Virus record (IMG/VR): IMGVR_UViG_3300032278_003763 | Coordinates: 1-56,740 of that record | Direction: 5' to 3' (one strand) | DNA length: 56,740 nucleotides | Origin: a virus | Lineage: Duplodnaviria > Caudoviricetes | Part shown: in pieces, positions 20,212 through 29,500 of the stretch | How positions within the stretch are numbered: the first letter of the stretch is position 1 | Layout: each line of letters opens with the position of its first letter | Notes under the pieces: generated by a model | Databases searched by the model: none | Seen by the model: the letters and a program-made list of their open reading frames with translations, nothing else | What the model was told of the DNA's origin: nothing | Program-made: the position numbers and the translations under genes

Positions 20212-21393
20212 TCAAACCCTTTCAAAAAGAATGTAATGATCATGCTCTTTCCAAAAGAGCTCGTTATCTATTACTTTTTGGGGCGAATGATTGCCCAAGC
20301 TTTCTACGGTCAAGCCTTCTTCCATCGAGGCTAAATTAAGATATATGTCGCCATCATTTATCAAATACTTTGCGCTTCTGTAAAAGAGCTTGTTCATGTC
20401 TTTGTCCTTTAAGAACTCTAAATCTTCTTTCTTCCCGCCCTTTTCCTTGTGTATTCTTCCATAGTCTAGGTACTCTAGTTTTAGATCGTTGATTTGCTTT
20501 TCGTCCTCTATCTCTGTCAAGAGTAAGCACTGTATGCCTTCATCAAACAGCTCTTCCACGTATTTTTTGTCGTGCTTGTCGGTTAGCATGTAAACGAACT
20601 GGGGTATTCTGCTTCTAAAGTTCTTGATTAGGTTTATGTTGATGGGTCTGTCTGTTATGATTGAGCAGCTGCATGACATTAGTTGGTTATACAGCGCTGA
20701 CTCATCAAACTTTTTGTCCATTCTCACTATAAGTGAGTCTACGGTAAGGTTCGATATATCTATAGGTTTACTAGGTATGGATTCTATTTGAGAATTGCTA
20801 TATTTTTCTCCTACGTAAAGGGTTTTGTATGGAAACTCCAAATCTATGTCTAACAAAGAGCAAACGCTTTTCGCTATTTCTTCAGGGTATATGCTGTTGA
20901 TTGTCTTTGGGTTCTCCTCCGCTGTATAGGAGTATTTATTTCCTTCTAATTTTGGCAAAAGAGCTAAAAAGTTTTCGTCCGTCTCGTATGGGCCATTGGT
21001 CTCAGGTGGACTTTCGGAGAAGAGCGCGATAGTCTTCTTGCGTAGCGCAGAAGAGAGCTGCGCGCTAAAACTATTAACGCATAAATGCAACAAAGAGTTT
21101 CTAATAATGTAACTAGACTGATTTACTGTTAGCTTTCCTAATATAGGAATGCAGGTCTCGATTATCGGGTCTTGGGCCCTGCCCATTTGAACTATAGAAA
21201 TCCCCTGCTTTTGGAGTGCGGGCAAAATTATCCTAATGAATTCTGTCCAATAGTCATATGTTCTCGATTGAGAATTATCGAACGGATAAAAAGAAATAAA
21301 GTTATCCACGTCTAGAGGGTGGTATTTCTCTAGCAAAAACGGTTTGTCTATCTTAGCTCCGCACTCAAGCGCAAATGATTCTAAAAAATGCAT
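20212..21393 (-). CDS. Glycosyltransferase family 9-like protein
   Basis: IVQMG...LGKLTVNQSSYIIRNSLLHLCVNSFSAQLSSALRKKTIALFS resembles the GT9 (heptosyltransferase) C-terminal motif, in degenerate form. Confidence 0.6.
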   Translation of the reverse strand: MHFLESFALECGAKIDKPFLLEKYHPLDVDNFISFYPFDNSQSRTYDYWTEFIRIILPALQKQGISIVQMGRAQDPIIETCIPILGKLTVNQSSYIIRNSLLHLCVNSFSAQLSSALRKKTIALFSESPPETNGPYETDENFLALLPKLEGNKYSYTAEENPKTINSIYPEEIAKSVCSLLDIDLEFPYKTLYVGEKYSNSQIESIPSKPIDISNLTVDSLIVRMDKKFDESALYNQLMSCSCSIITDRPININLIKNFRSRIPQFVYMLTDKHDKKYVEELFDEGIQCLLLTEIEDEKQINDLKLEYLDYGRIHKEKGGKKEDLEFLKDKDMNKLFYRSAKYLINDGDIYLNLASMEEGLTVESLGNHSPQKVIDNELFWKEHDHYILFERV

Positions 21394-21394
21394 A

Positions 21395-21739
21395 TTATTC
21401 TTCCATAGCCTTGTTAACTAGCCCGTATAATAATAGGCCTAATACATTATGAAGTGGTAAAAGATATATATTATTCACCGACAGTGATGAGACCAACGAG
21501 AGCCACACCGACAAGCATAACGGGCATGTTATTAGCCTTATTAAGAAACATGAAAAATTTTTAAGTAAAAAATCTTGGTATGTATCTACCGGATTTTTCT
21601 TAAGCCTCTCTTCATAAACGTGAATATAGAAAAGGTTGCCTAATCCAAAAAGCTTGGCATATTCTTCGAAGGCACTACTCCTAAACCAAACCAAAAGGAT
21701 CAAGCTAACCAGTGACGCTGGCAGCAAAATTTCTACCAT
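21395..21739 (-). CDS. Small membrane protein with a CxxC motif (DUF1360-like)
   Basis: Hydrophobic segments and LITCPLCLSVW. Confidence 0.55.
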   Translation of the reverse strand: MVEILLPASLVSLILLVWFRSSAFEEYAKLFGLGNLFYIHVYEERLKKNPVDTYQDFLLKNFSCFLIRLITCPLCLSVWLSLVSSLSVNNIYLLPLHNVLGLLLYGLVNKAMEE

Positions 21740-21990
21740 GTCTCCGAGTAGTCCTCTTTAGGAACAACTTTTTCATATATGTTTTGGGGCCTCCCCGTCG
21801 AGCCGGGCTTTTTGCCTACTTGACGTATTCGTCCTTCGTTCATCCCTTCTCTTAACTTTAGGTGGACTAGGACATTGGAAGGAGGATTTGGCATAGAAGC
21901 GATTACATCCTTAACTGTGAAAGCTGCGTCAGGCCAAGAAATATCAATCTTAGGACGCCCTCTTCTTTTTGGGCTATGTTCAGTACTCAT
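21733..21990 (-). CDS. Small DNA-binding protein (AT-hook-like GRP motifs, winged-helix-like)
   Basis: KRRGRPK, FTVKDV...VHLKLRE and TGRPQNIY. Confidence 0.55.
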   Translation of the reverse strand: MSTEHSPKRRGRPKIDISWPDAAFTVKDVIASMPNPPSNVLVHLKLREGMNEGRIRQVGKKPGSTGRPQNIYEKVVPKEDYSETW

Positions 21991-22072
21991 ACGTAACTAT
22001 GATGAGTTATTTTAAAATAAGATTCAAGTTTTTTTTGTTGAAAGTCTGTTTTTTATATAAGATGTTAAAGTA

Positions 22073-22480
22073 ATGACTGTATTAGAAGCATCCGGCTCAA
22101 TCTACGAATGGTATCAACAGCATGACAGCTTCGTCTTGGAAGACAATCTCAAGGACGTGGCGCCCAATTCTAGCTCAATTGAAAAAGATAAAGCCGCCCT
22201 GTGGTGCGCTCTTCTTGACTTTGAAAAAATGGAAATGGTGAATTCCTGCGAAATAGACGGCAGAAGATATTGGATACTGAGAAAAGGTTTCGACTCATTC
22301 GAGCAAACCGTCGTAATTACCCCAATGGTCGCTGTGACTATAGCGGGCATGGTTAATACTTACTGTGATTCTCTAGAAGTAGACTCAGAAAAAGCGGATC
22401 CTGCAAACATAGAAGAAAAAGACATCAAAAATTTACTATTCATCTTGAACCAGTCTCTTGGTATGAGTGAAAAAAATTAA
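22073..22480 (+). CDS. Hypothetical protein
   Basis: 135-aa ORF divergent from 21990, with protein-like composition. Confidence 0.7.
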   Translation: MTVLEASGSIYEWYQQHDSFVLEDNLKDVAPNSSSIEKDKAALWCALLDFEKMEMVNSCEIDGRRYWILRKGFDSFEQTVVITPMVAVTIAGMVNTYCDSLEVDSEKADPANIEEKDIKNLLFILNQSLGMSEKN

Positions 22481-22509
22481 TTGACATCTTCTCGTTTTGG
22501 ACTAAGACT
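22481..22509 (+). promoter_or_regulatory. sigma70-type promoter (perfect TTGACA; TAAGAC(T) -10)
   Basis: TTGACA at 22481-22486 preceded by an A-tract; -10-like element 16-17 nt downstream. Confidence 0.5.
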
Positions 22510-22514
22510 GTCAT

Positions 22515-22875
22515 AGTTCTTTTTAAATAGCGGTGTACAGCGCGAGAAACGTTAAGACACCTAAAGCCCGTTAAAAGGCACCAATCGAGTTAGCCTAATA
22601 AGCTACACGTTACTGCGGGAGCGCGCGGCGGTTGAGATTGGAGATATCCTGAAACTTCAACCCTACTTAAAGGGAAAGCTGGGAGTCAAAGCCAAAAAAT
22701 AAGTTCCACCGCTTAAGTAAAAAGATTAAACATAGCACAGATGGTTGCGAGCTAGGCTAAAAGAGGCCGATGCGAAGGACTGAAGCAGGTATCTTGTGAT
22801 TAAAATATGACTGTTTTTTAATAGGGCTCCTTTTCTTAACCATTTCCTTAAGGGAAAAGAAAGCTGGGAGTCAGA
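22515..22875 (+). ncRNA. Candidate structured non-coding RNA or long 5' leader
   Basis: The longest gene-free gap in the window. It has its own promoter, several complementary segments (22529-35/22707-13, 22590-97/22753-60, 22630-36/22656-62, 22825-30/22867-72) and a 15-bp direct repeat. Confidence 0.5.
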
Positions 22876-22887
22876 GACGACCAAAAA

Positions 22888-23484
22888 ATGAGAAAAAAAT
22901 ATGTGATTGGATTAAGTGGATTAGCGAAATCAGGAAAAGATTTATTCTATAAAATACTTTCAAGGCAGATAAAAATTAAGCGTCACGCTCTTGCGGACGA
23001 ATTAAAATTTGCCCTCCGAGAAAGAATTCTTAAGGAGGACGATATAGACATACTGGACTGTTCCTCCGACCAAAAAGACATCGTAAGGCCAAAGTTGGTA
23101 GAGTATGCAAAGAAAGTAAGGTTTTCTTCTAAGGGAAGACATTGGATCGAGACGCTTAACAATAAAATTCTTCCTGTCAGCGAGTCGATTTGCGTCACAG
23201 ACGTAAGGTATGATGATTATGAAAATGATGAGGTTCATTGGCTAAAAAATGAACTTAATGGAATTCTCGTCCATATCTCCAAGTACGAAATTTTAAATAA
23301 TAATAAAAAGTTATTTTTTGAAGCCCCGAATGAAGAAGAGCGTCGTAATAACCCGAAACTAAGAGATAAAGCCGACTATATCGTTGAATGGCCTATCTCT
23401 AGCAAGCAAGACCCCGAAGAGATGGAGAAAGAATTAGAACCTTATGTCTCAGAATTCGTCGGTTGGCTTAGAAAAAGAAGATGA
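22888..23484 (+). CDS. Deoxynucleoside monophosphate kinase (T4 gp1-like)
   Basis: P-loop IGLSGLAKSGKD, ALADELK and VTDVRY...NE motifs. Confidence 0.8.
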   Translation: MRKKYVIGLSGLAKSGKDLFYKILSRQIKIKRHALADELKFALRERILKEDDIDILDCSSDQKDIVRPKLVEYAKKVRFSSKGRHWIETLNNKILPVSESICVTDVRYDDYENDEVHWLKNELNGILVHISKYEILNNNKKLFFEAPNEEERRNNPKLRDKADYIVEWPISSKQDPEEMEKELEPYVSEFVGWLRKRR

Positions 23485-24070
23485 TCCGTCTTTGGTTAAG
23501 AATGTCGTCGATAAGGCCTGTGAGGCTAGTCTCCTCGAGTTGATTACTAGACATGAAAGACTTTATTATAAAGTGAGTCAAAAATACTCTTCTTATAACA
23601 GCCGTCACGGCATACCCCTAGACGACATTTCTGATGACAAGTTTTTTATTATCTATAGAGCCATATTAGCCTTTGATCCGTCGAAGAATGTTAAATTCTC
23701 CACGTGGTTGGGAAACTTTGTCAGATACCACTCCCTCAATCACATAAATAAGAGCAGTAAATTTGTTAAAACCGAAGAAAGTTCTTTAGAGTATCTTCTC
23801 AATAGCAAGTCTGCTGAAAAGCATGAAAATCTAAAGCTAAAAGAAGAAAATGAATTTGTTTTTAATATTCTTAAACAGCTTAAAGACAAGAGGATACATC
23901 TGGTTTTTCGCCTCAGATACTTTTCGGGAGAAAAGAAAATGACTTGGGCGAGGATAGCCAAGAGATTAAGCGTAAGCACCCAGACAGCTATTAACCTACA
24001 TGATAAGGGTAAAAAAGTCTTAGTTAAGAAATACAACACCAAGAATGCGAATTGTTTAGATAGAGTCTAA
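23444..24070 (+). CDS. Phage-encoded sigma70-family RNA polymerase sigma factor
   Basis: Region 2 (LLELITRHERLYYKV...RAILAFDPSKNVKFSTWL) and region 4 HTH (VFRLRYF...MTWARIAKRLSVSTQTAINLHDKG). Confidence 0.85.
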   Translation: MSQNSSVGLEKEDDPSLVKNVVDKACEASLLELITRHERLYYKVSQKYSSYNSRHGIPLDDISDDKFFIIYRAILAFDPSKNVKFSTWLGNFVRYHSLNHINKSSKFVKTEESSLEYLLNSKSAEKHENLKLKEENEFVFNILKQLKDKRIHLVFRLRYFSGEKKMTWARIAKRLSVSTQTAINLHDKGKKVLVKKYNTKNANCLDRV

Positions 24071-24078
24071 AAAAAAAC

Positions 24079-24107
24079 TTGACATCAACAGAGCGAGCCA
24101 TTACGTT
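24079..24107 (+). promoter_or_regulatory. sigma70-type promoter TTGACA-17-TACGTT
   Basis: Perfect -35, 17-nt spacer, TAnnnT -10 and upstream A-tract; ATG 9 nt downstream. Confidence 0.7.
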
Positions 24108-24116
24108 AACCCTAGT

Positions 24117-24464
24117 ATGAGCGATAATAATACACAGCAGCAAACACAACAGCAATCCGATTGGCAAAAGAGAGAGCTCGGCGCCCTTTGGCTAAAACAA
24201 AGCAAGACTCAGAAATATTTTTCTGGTCACGTAAAAATCGATGACGGTTTTGGTGGCGAAAAGTCTGTCAATTTAGTAGTGTTCTCCAACAGGAACAAGA
24301 CTAAGCCTAACCAACCCGACTTTAGAATTTACCGTTCTAAAGAGAGAAACGAAGAGGCTCAAGAGACTCAAGAGGTCGCAGACGCACAGCCGTCTGCCGT
24401 CCCAGCAATGTCTACCGACTCCGATTCTAATTCTGATCAACAGAAGGAAGAAGAATTGCTGTAG
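24117..24464 (+). CDS. DUF736-like putative ssDNA-binding protein with an acidic tail
   Basis: ELGALWLKQSK..YFSG...NKTKPNQPDFRIY followed by an acidic, disordered C-terminus. Confidence 0.6.
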   Translation: MSDNNTQQQTQQQSDWQKRELGALWLKQSKTQKYFSGHVKIDDGFGGEKSVNLVVFSNRNKTKPNQPDFRIYRSKERNEEAQETQEVADAQPSAVPAMSTDSDSNSDQQKEEELL

Positions 24465-25543
24465 TGAGAGTAGCATTCAATGTTCCTCTTAACGGGGTCT
24501 CCTTTGGGCAGGTTGCGACAGCCTTGCTCAGGGAGGCCCGCGCAAGTTCTATCGATCCGCTGATCTTTAACATCGGCGATTCGGTAGATTTATCTACTCA
24601 GGGGGCCGACAAAGACTTTAATGAATGGATAAACAATTTGCTTCTTCGCGCTCCATCAGAACACGACAGAAATGATCCTACGTTTAAGATATGGCACCTT
24701 AGAGGATCATTAGAGTCTTTTAGCAAAGAGCAGACCGTTCTTTCTTTTTATGAATTAGATTCCCCTACCGAGCCCGAACTCAACATGGTTAGGAACAATA
24801 GGACCATCTTCTCTTCGGAGCATACGGTAGAAGTTTTCTCTAGCATGGGGGCATCATCCCATTACGTACCCTTAGCTTTCGATCATCATAATTTTAAAAG
24901 AAAAGACAAAAAATACTTTGTTGATGACAGAATAGTGTTTAATCTTTGCGGAAAATTTGAAAAAAGAAAACATCATCCCAAGATTCTGAACGCTTGGGCC
25001 AAAAAATATGGCAACAATAATAAGTATTTCTTGCAGTGTGCATTATATAATGGGTTTCTGTCTAACGAAGACAACCACAAGTGCATCGCTAATTCCCTAG
25101 AGGGAAAAAAATATTCCAACATACAAATACTGCACCCCATGGCCAGAAACTCCATGTATAACGACTTTCTGAATTCTGCAAATATTATTATAGGCATGTC
25201 TGGTGGAGAGGGTTGGGGGTTACCAGAATTTCATTCTGTTGCGCTTGGCAAACATGGTGTTATACTTGACGCCCACGCTTATAAATCATGGGCAAATACA
25301 GACAACGCTGTGATGGTGGAATCCTCCGGCAAAATAGACGCAGCCGATGGAGTCTTTTTTAAACAGGGAGAATTATTTAATCAAGGACAATTATTTGATT
25401 GGGACGAAGACGATTTTCTAGATGGCTGCGAGGAAGCTATCAAGAGACACGAAGCCAACCCCGTAAACGAAGCCGGCCTGAAGTTACAGGAAAAATTCAC
25501 CTACGCTAAAACCTTAGAAGGTATACTTAAAGTCATGGAGTAA
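24464..25543 (+). CDS. Glycosyltransferase (GT-B, family 4-like)
   Basis: GKFEKRKHH and SGGEGWGLPEFHSVALG (variant of the E-x7-E motif). Confidence 0.8.
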   Translation: MRVAFNVPLNGVSFGQVATALLREARASSIDPLIFNIGDSVDLSTQGADKDFNEWINNLLLRAPSEHDRNDPTFKIWHLRGSLESFSKEQTVLSFYELDSPTEPELNMVRNNRTIFSSEHTVEVFSSMGASSHYVPLAFDHHNFKRKDKKYFVDDRIVFNLCGKFEKRKHHPKILNAWAKKYGNNNKYFLQCALYNGFLSNEDNHKCIANSLEGKKYSNIQILHPMARNSMYNDFLNSANIIIGMSGGEGWGLPEFHSVALGKHGVILDAHAYKSWANTDNAVMVESSGKIDAADGVFFKQGELFNQGQLFDWDEDDFLDGCEEAIKRHEANPVNEAGLKLQEKFTYAKTLEGILKVME

Positions 25544-25545
25544 AT

Positions 25546-25917
25546 ATGCCCACCTATCTTTTTATACATCCAGACACAGAAGAGGAAAAAGAGGTCATTC
25601 AAAGAATGAACGACGTTCATGCCTATGTAGACGAAAAGGGAATTGAATGGCGAAGGCTTTATACCCCCACCAACTTTACCATAGATGGGAAGGTCAATCC
25701 CATGAGTTCTAAAGAGTTTGTCGAAAAAACTAGAAACAAAAAAAATACAGTCGGAGACATAATGGACATGGCTAAAGAAGCCAGCGAGCAGAGAATACAA
25801 AAAGAGGGTCACGACTCAGTCAAAGACAAATATTTTGATGAATACGCAAAAAAGCGTAAAGGGAAAAGACATCTACAAGATCCGAAAAGGGTCGGTTCCT
25901 TTCTCGGCGGGGCATGA
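25546..25917 (+). CDS. FmdB-like zinc-ribbon protein (Cys ligands absent)
   Basis: N-terminal MPTYLF.HPDTEE...M.D....WRRLY pattern. Confidence 0.5.
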   Translation: MPTYLFIHPDTEEEKEVIQRMNDVHAYVDEKGIEWRRLYTPTNFTIDGKVNPMSSKEFVEKTRNKKNTVGDIMDMAKEASEQRIQKEGHDSVKDKYFDEYAKKRKGKRHLQDPKRVGSFLGGA

Positions 25918-26018
25918 TTACACGCGAAAGAACTTGACAAAAAATTTTTCTTCCATCTCTTTTTTTTTCTTTTTTTTAGCCTCGAAATGATGTAATATTT
26001 ACTACTGCGGTAACCGAG

Positions 26019-28475
26019 ATGGCTTCTGATATTTCACACGTTAAAAAGAGGAATGGTAGGCTCCAAGAGCTAGACATTAACAAGATCAACCTATGCGCTC
26101 AAAGAGCCTGCGAGGGGTTAGCTGACGTTTCTGCCAGCGAAGTTGTCATAGATGCAAACGTAGAGCTTTATGAAAAAATCCCCACTAAAGACATAGACAA
26201 AGCTCTAATCATGTCTGCGAGAGGCAAGATAGAAAAAGAACCAAACTATTCTCACGTGGCAGCCAGACTACTGCTTGGAAACATACACAAGGAAGTATCT
26301 GGAACTAGCGTCGATAAAGACGCTTTTGATCACCAGTATAGATTATCTTTTATTAAGAATATAAAACTCTTATCTAAAGAAGGCATGCTTAGTGAAAAGC
26401 TGCTCACGTTCGATCTAAAAAAACTTTCTGAAGCGCTAGATTTAACCCGCGACTTCAAATTCAAGTACCTCGGCCTGCAAACTTTATATGATAGATATTT
26501 TTTGCACATTGATGGTCGGAGAATGGAATCTCCTCAGTCGTTTTGGATGAGGGTAGCCATGGGGCTCTCCCTAAACGAGAAAGATAAAGAAAGGAGATGC
26601 ATACAATTTTATAATGCTATTTCTCAATTTTTAGTTTGCCCCTCCACCCCTACCCTTTTTAATAGTGGCAGCACGAGGAGTCAGCTTAGCTCTTGCTACC
26701 TTAATACGTTTGATGATTCTATCGATGGGATTTTTGAGGGAGCATGGCAAGAAGCAAGAAAATCTAAGTTCGCAGGGGGCTTAGGTTTTGATGTGTCGAA
26801 CTTTAGGTCAGCAGGTTCGCACATAAAGAGCACGAATGGAACATCTAGCGGCCTTATACCTTGGCTCAAAATTTTTAACGACCTTCTCGTAGCGGTTAAT
26901 CAAGGAGGCAAACGTCCCGGCGCAGGCTGTGCTTATCTTGAGCCTTGGCATTTGGATATTGAAGAATTTCTCGACCTAAAAAAGAACACTGGCGACGAGA
27001 GGCGTCGTTGCCATGACATGAATACAGCCAACTGGATTCCTGATTTATTTTTTCGTAAAGTTCAAGCTGATGATGACTGGTATTTATTTTCTCCTTCTGA
27101 CGCCCGAGACCTTCACTGTCTTTGCGGGGGAGACTTTGATAAAGCATATAAAAAATACTGTAAATTAGCAGACGAAGGAGAAATCACCAACTTCAAGACC
27201 CTAAAAGCTAAAGACCTTTGGAAAAAAATGCTTAGGAGCCTTTTCGAAACCGGTCACCCTTGGATGACCTTCAAAGATAATGCAAATTTTCGTTACTCCA
27301 ACAAGCACGAAGGCGTTATTAATAGCTCTAATCTTTGCACAGAAATTTTCTTACATACTAAGCCCTCTCTTTTTAAGGACGGGAAAAAGGCAGAGATAGG
27401 AGAAACGGCAGTATGCAATTTAAGCTCTATCAACCTTAAAGAGCACCTAAAAGACAATGGCAAATTAGATTTTAAATTACTAGGAAGAAGTATAGCTACC
27501 CAGATGAGGATGCTCGACAATGTAATTGATTTAAATTTTTACCCTACCGAAGAAGCGAAAAAGGCGAACTTGGCCCATCGCCCCGTTGGGGCGGGGACCA
27601 TGGGTTGGGCGGACGTTTTTTATTCTTACGAATTAAATTTTTCATCAGACGATGCGGTGAAGTTTTCTGACGAGTTGTATGAGTTCATTTCCTACCAGTG
27701 TATTTTAAATTCCTCCAAACTCTCTAAAGAAAGAGAAGAATACAGCACTTATAATGGGTCACTGTGGAGCCAAAACATTTTACCTATTGACACTTACAAG
27801 CATTTGATGGATTATTTAGGTGAAAAACCTATAGCGCATAGAGGAAAAAAATATGCTCCTGAAGTGGATTGGAAAATTGTTCGTGACCATATACGAGAGC
27901 ACGGTATGCGTAATAGCAATACTATGGCTATTGCTCCTACTGCCACCATATCTTACATTCAGGGTTGCTCTCCCTCTGTTGAGCCTGATTTTTCTACATT
28001 GTTCGTCTACGAAAATAAGTCGGGAAATTTAGTCGTAGTAAACGAGTGGTTCATTAGAGAATGTAAGAATCTTGGGGTTTGGAACCAATCTCTAGTAGAC
28101 ATGCTTAAATCAGTAAATGGAGATCTTAGCAGGCTAAACGGGGAACTGCCAGAAGACGTCAAGTCTAGATACAGGACCGCGTTCGATCATGATCAGTTTA
28201 AGCTAATAGATAGCGCTGCCGCAAGACAAAAATGGATTGACATGGGACAGTCGTTGAACCTGTTCAACAACAGCACTTCATTAAAATACTTGAATGATTT
28301 GTATATGCATGCTAGAGTTAGAGGGTTAAAGAGTACCTATTATTTAAGGAATAAGAGTGCAAGCGAAATTGAGAAATCTACGGTGGTGGGTGTCACTAGT
28401 GATAGTGAGTCAGGTGATACTGATACTCCTAAGGCTTGCAACGTTTTAGATCCGACATGTGAGAGTTGCCAATGA
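26019..28475 (+). CDS. nrdA: Ribonucleoside-diphosphate reductase class I alpha subunit
   Basis: ATP-cone (VKKRNG), SPTLFN-type PSTPTLFNSG, LSSCY, NQGGKRPGA, SNLCTEI, VCNL, IAPTATIS, KSTYYLR and a C-terminal Cys pair (CESCQ). Confidence 0.97.
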   Translation: MASDISHVKKRNGRLQELDINKINLCAQRACEGLADVSASEVVIDANVELYEKIPTKDIDKALIMSARGKIEKEPNYSHVAARLLLGNIHKEVSGTSVDKDAFDHQYRLSFIKNIKLLSKEGMLSEKLLTFDLKKLSEALDLTRDFKFKYLGLQTLYDRYFLHIDGRRMESPQSFWMRVAMGLSLNEKDKERRCIQFYNAISQFLVCPSTPTLFNSGSTRSQLSSCYLNTFDDSIDGIFEGAWQEARKSKFAGGLGFDVSNFRSAGSHIKSTNGTSSGLIPWLKIFNDLLVAVNQGGKRPGAGCAYLEPWHLDIEEFLDLKKNTGDERRRCHDMNTANWIPDLFFRKVQADDDWYLFSPSDARDLHCLCGGDFDKAYKKYCKLADEGEITNFKTLKAKDLWKKMLRSLFETGHPWMTFKDNANFRYSNKHEGVINSSNLCTEIFLHTKPSLFKDGKKAEIGETAVCNLSSINLKEHLKDNGKLDFKLLGRSIATQMRMLDNVIDLNFYPTEEAKKANLAHRPVGAGTMGWADVFYSYELNFSSDDAVKFSDELYEFISYQCILNSSKLSKEREEYSTYNGSLWSQNILPIDTYKHLMDYLGEKPIAHRGKKYAPEVDWKIVRDHIREHGMRNSNTMAIAPTATISYIQGCSPSVEPDFSTLFVYENKSGNLVVVNEWFIRECKNLGVWNQSLVDMLKSVNGDLSRLNGELPEDVKSRYRTAFDHDQFKLIDSAAARQKWIDMGQSLNLFNNSTSLKYLNDLYMHARVRGLKSTYYLRNKSASEIEKSTVVGVTSDSESGDTDTPKACNVLDPTCESCQ

Positions 28476-28678
28476 CTGACAAAGAATTTGAAAAAGTGAC
28501 AGAGAATTTAGCAGATAAAGCTAAAGCGGCAGGATATAATGACCTTGCTATAGTTTTATATGTCTATTTGGGGTCGGAAAAGGTTGGCATGGGCAGTGAA
28601 TTCGCTAGATATTGTCAACGCTTTGCTGAAGAAGGCAAAAGGCAAATAGAATTACTCAAAAACAGAAGAAATAACTAA
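28472..28678 (+). CDS. Hypothetical protein
   Basis: ATG at 28472 overlaps the nrdA stop (ATGA coupling). Confidence 0.65.
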   Translation: MTDKEFEKVTENLADKAKAAGYNDLAIVLYVYLGSEKVGMGSEFARYCQRFAEEGKRQIELLKNRRNN

Positions 28679-28686
28679 TAAACGAG

Positions 28687-28890
28687 ATGGGAGTCGTTCA
28701 AAAAAAATTATCCAAAGCGGAAATCGGGAAAGACAGAGGGTCTTTCGTTGATTTCGAGATGAACGAAAACGGAATTGTACATATTCAAAACAAAACGTGG
28801 AGAATTGAAATGGAAACCCAAGAATTCGTCGAATTCGCTACGGCCTGTGTCAAAGCGGGAAACAAACTAAAGGAATTGAAGGGGGTATAG
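28687..28890 (+). CDS. Small hypothetical protein, paralog of 30209-30406
   Basis: IVHIQNKTWRIEMETQEFVEFATAC aligns with IHIHYKNFRLDYTIEEFLNFSNAC. Confidence 0.65.
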   Translation: MGVVQKKLSKAEIGKDRGSFVDFEMNENGIVHIQNKTWRIEMETQEFVEFATACVKAGNKLKELKGV

Positions 28891-28891
28891 C

Positions 28892-29500
28892 GTGCCAGCT
28901 GGGGAAATAGAAGTATTAGAAAAGGTTATGACCTCTATAGCCGAAACGATAGACGATTTCGTGATACTGTCTGTACATGACGATGTTGACATTTTAGTCC
29001 CGAAGGACCACAAGCCGGTAGTCATAGAGATTTTGGAGAGTTTTGGATTCGAAGGACACGTTAATGGGAGCCCGAAGTGTTTGTATTATGCAGAGCCACC
29101 CATTCAATACTATGACTCTAACAAATGCCATATAGACCTGCAAACAGGGCTATACTACAAAGGGATAGAGCCAAACATTCTTGTCCCGATTGACATTAAA
29201 TTTCAAGAATATGCATACAGTACGCGCGTGAAAACGAATGACACGTGGAGATACAGGCTATCACCAGAATCGAACGTGGTTCACACCACCTGCAGAATGA
29301 TCTTTGATAAAAGGCAAGAAGATACGCCTCCCCACTATAGAAAAAGGCTGGAAAAGGCCTTAAATCTATCTAATAAATCAGAACTCAAGCTCGTATTTGA
29401 CATGGCCTTATTTAAGTTTGGGGAAAAGGCGTTAGAGCTAGTGACGAAAGGGGAATTAGATAATTTATTTCAGGAATACATCAGCTATGGAGACTATTAA
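28892..29500 (+). CDS. Putative nucleotidyltransferase-fold protein
   Basis: DDVDILVP (DxD) with a downstream HIDLQ strand and a helical C-terminal lobe. Confidence 0.55.
   Translation: MPAGEIEVLEKVMTSIAETIDDFVILSVHDDVDILVPKDHKPVVIEILESFGFEGHVNGSPKCLYYAEPPIQYYDSNKCHIDLQTGLYYKGIEPNILVPIDIKFQEYAYSTRVKTNDTWRYRLSPESNVVHTTCRMIFDKRQEDTPPHYRKRLEKALNLSNKSELKLVFDMALFKFGEKALELVTKGELDNLFQEYISYGDY

Noticed and set aside
22515-22887. tRNA, tmRNA, RNase P RNA or group I intron identity for the non-coding island
   Set aside because: No cloverleaf/T-loop, tmRNA termini or GAGGAAAGUCC motif was seen. TCAGAGACGA at 22871 resembles the group I R element, but no S partner follows and no gene is interrupted.
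25934-25978. TTGACA and T-tracts upstream of nrdA as a sigma70 promoter or terminator
   Set aside because: No acceptable -10 at 16-18 nt and no GC-rich stem before the T-runs.
26019-28475. Intein or intron in nrdA (common in phages)
   Set aside because: The length (818 aa) and continuous motifs fit an uninterrupted enzyme.
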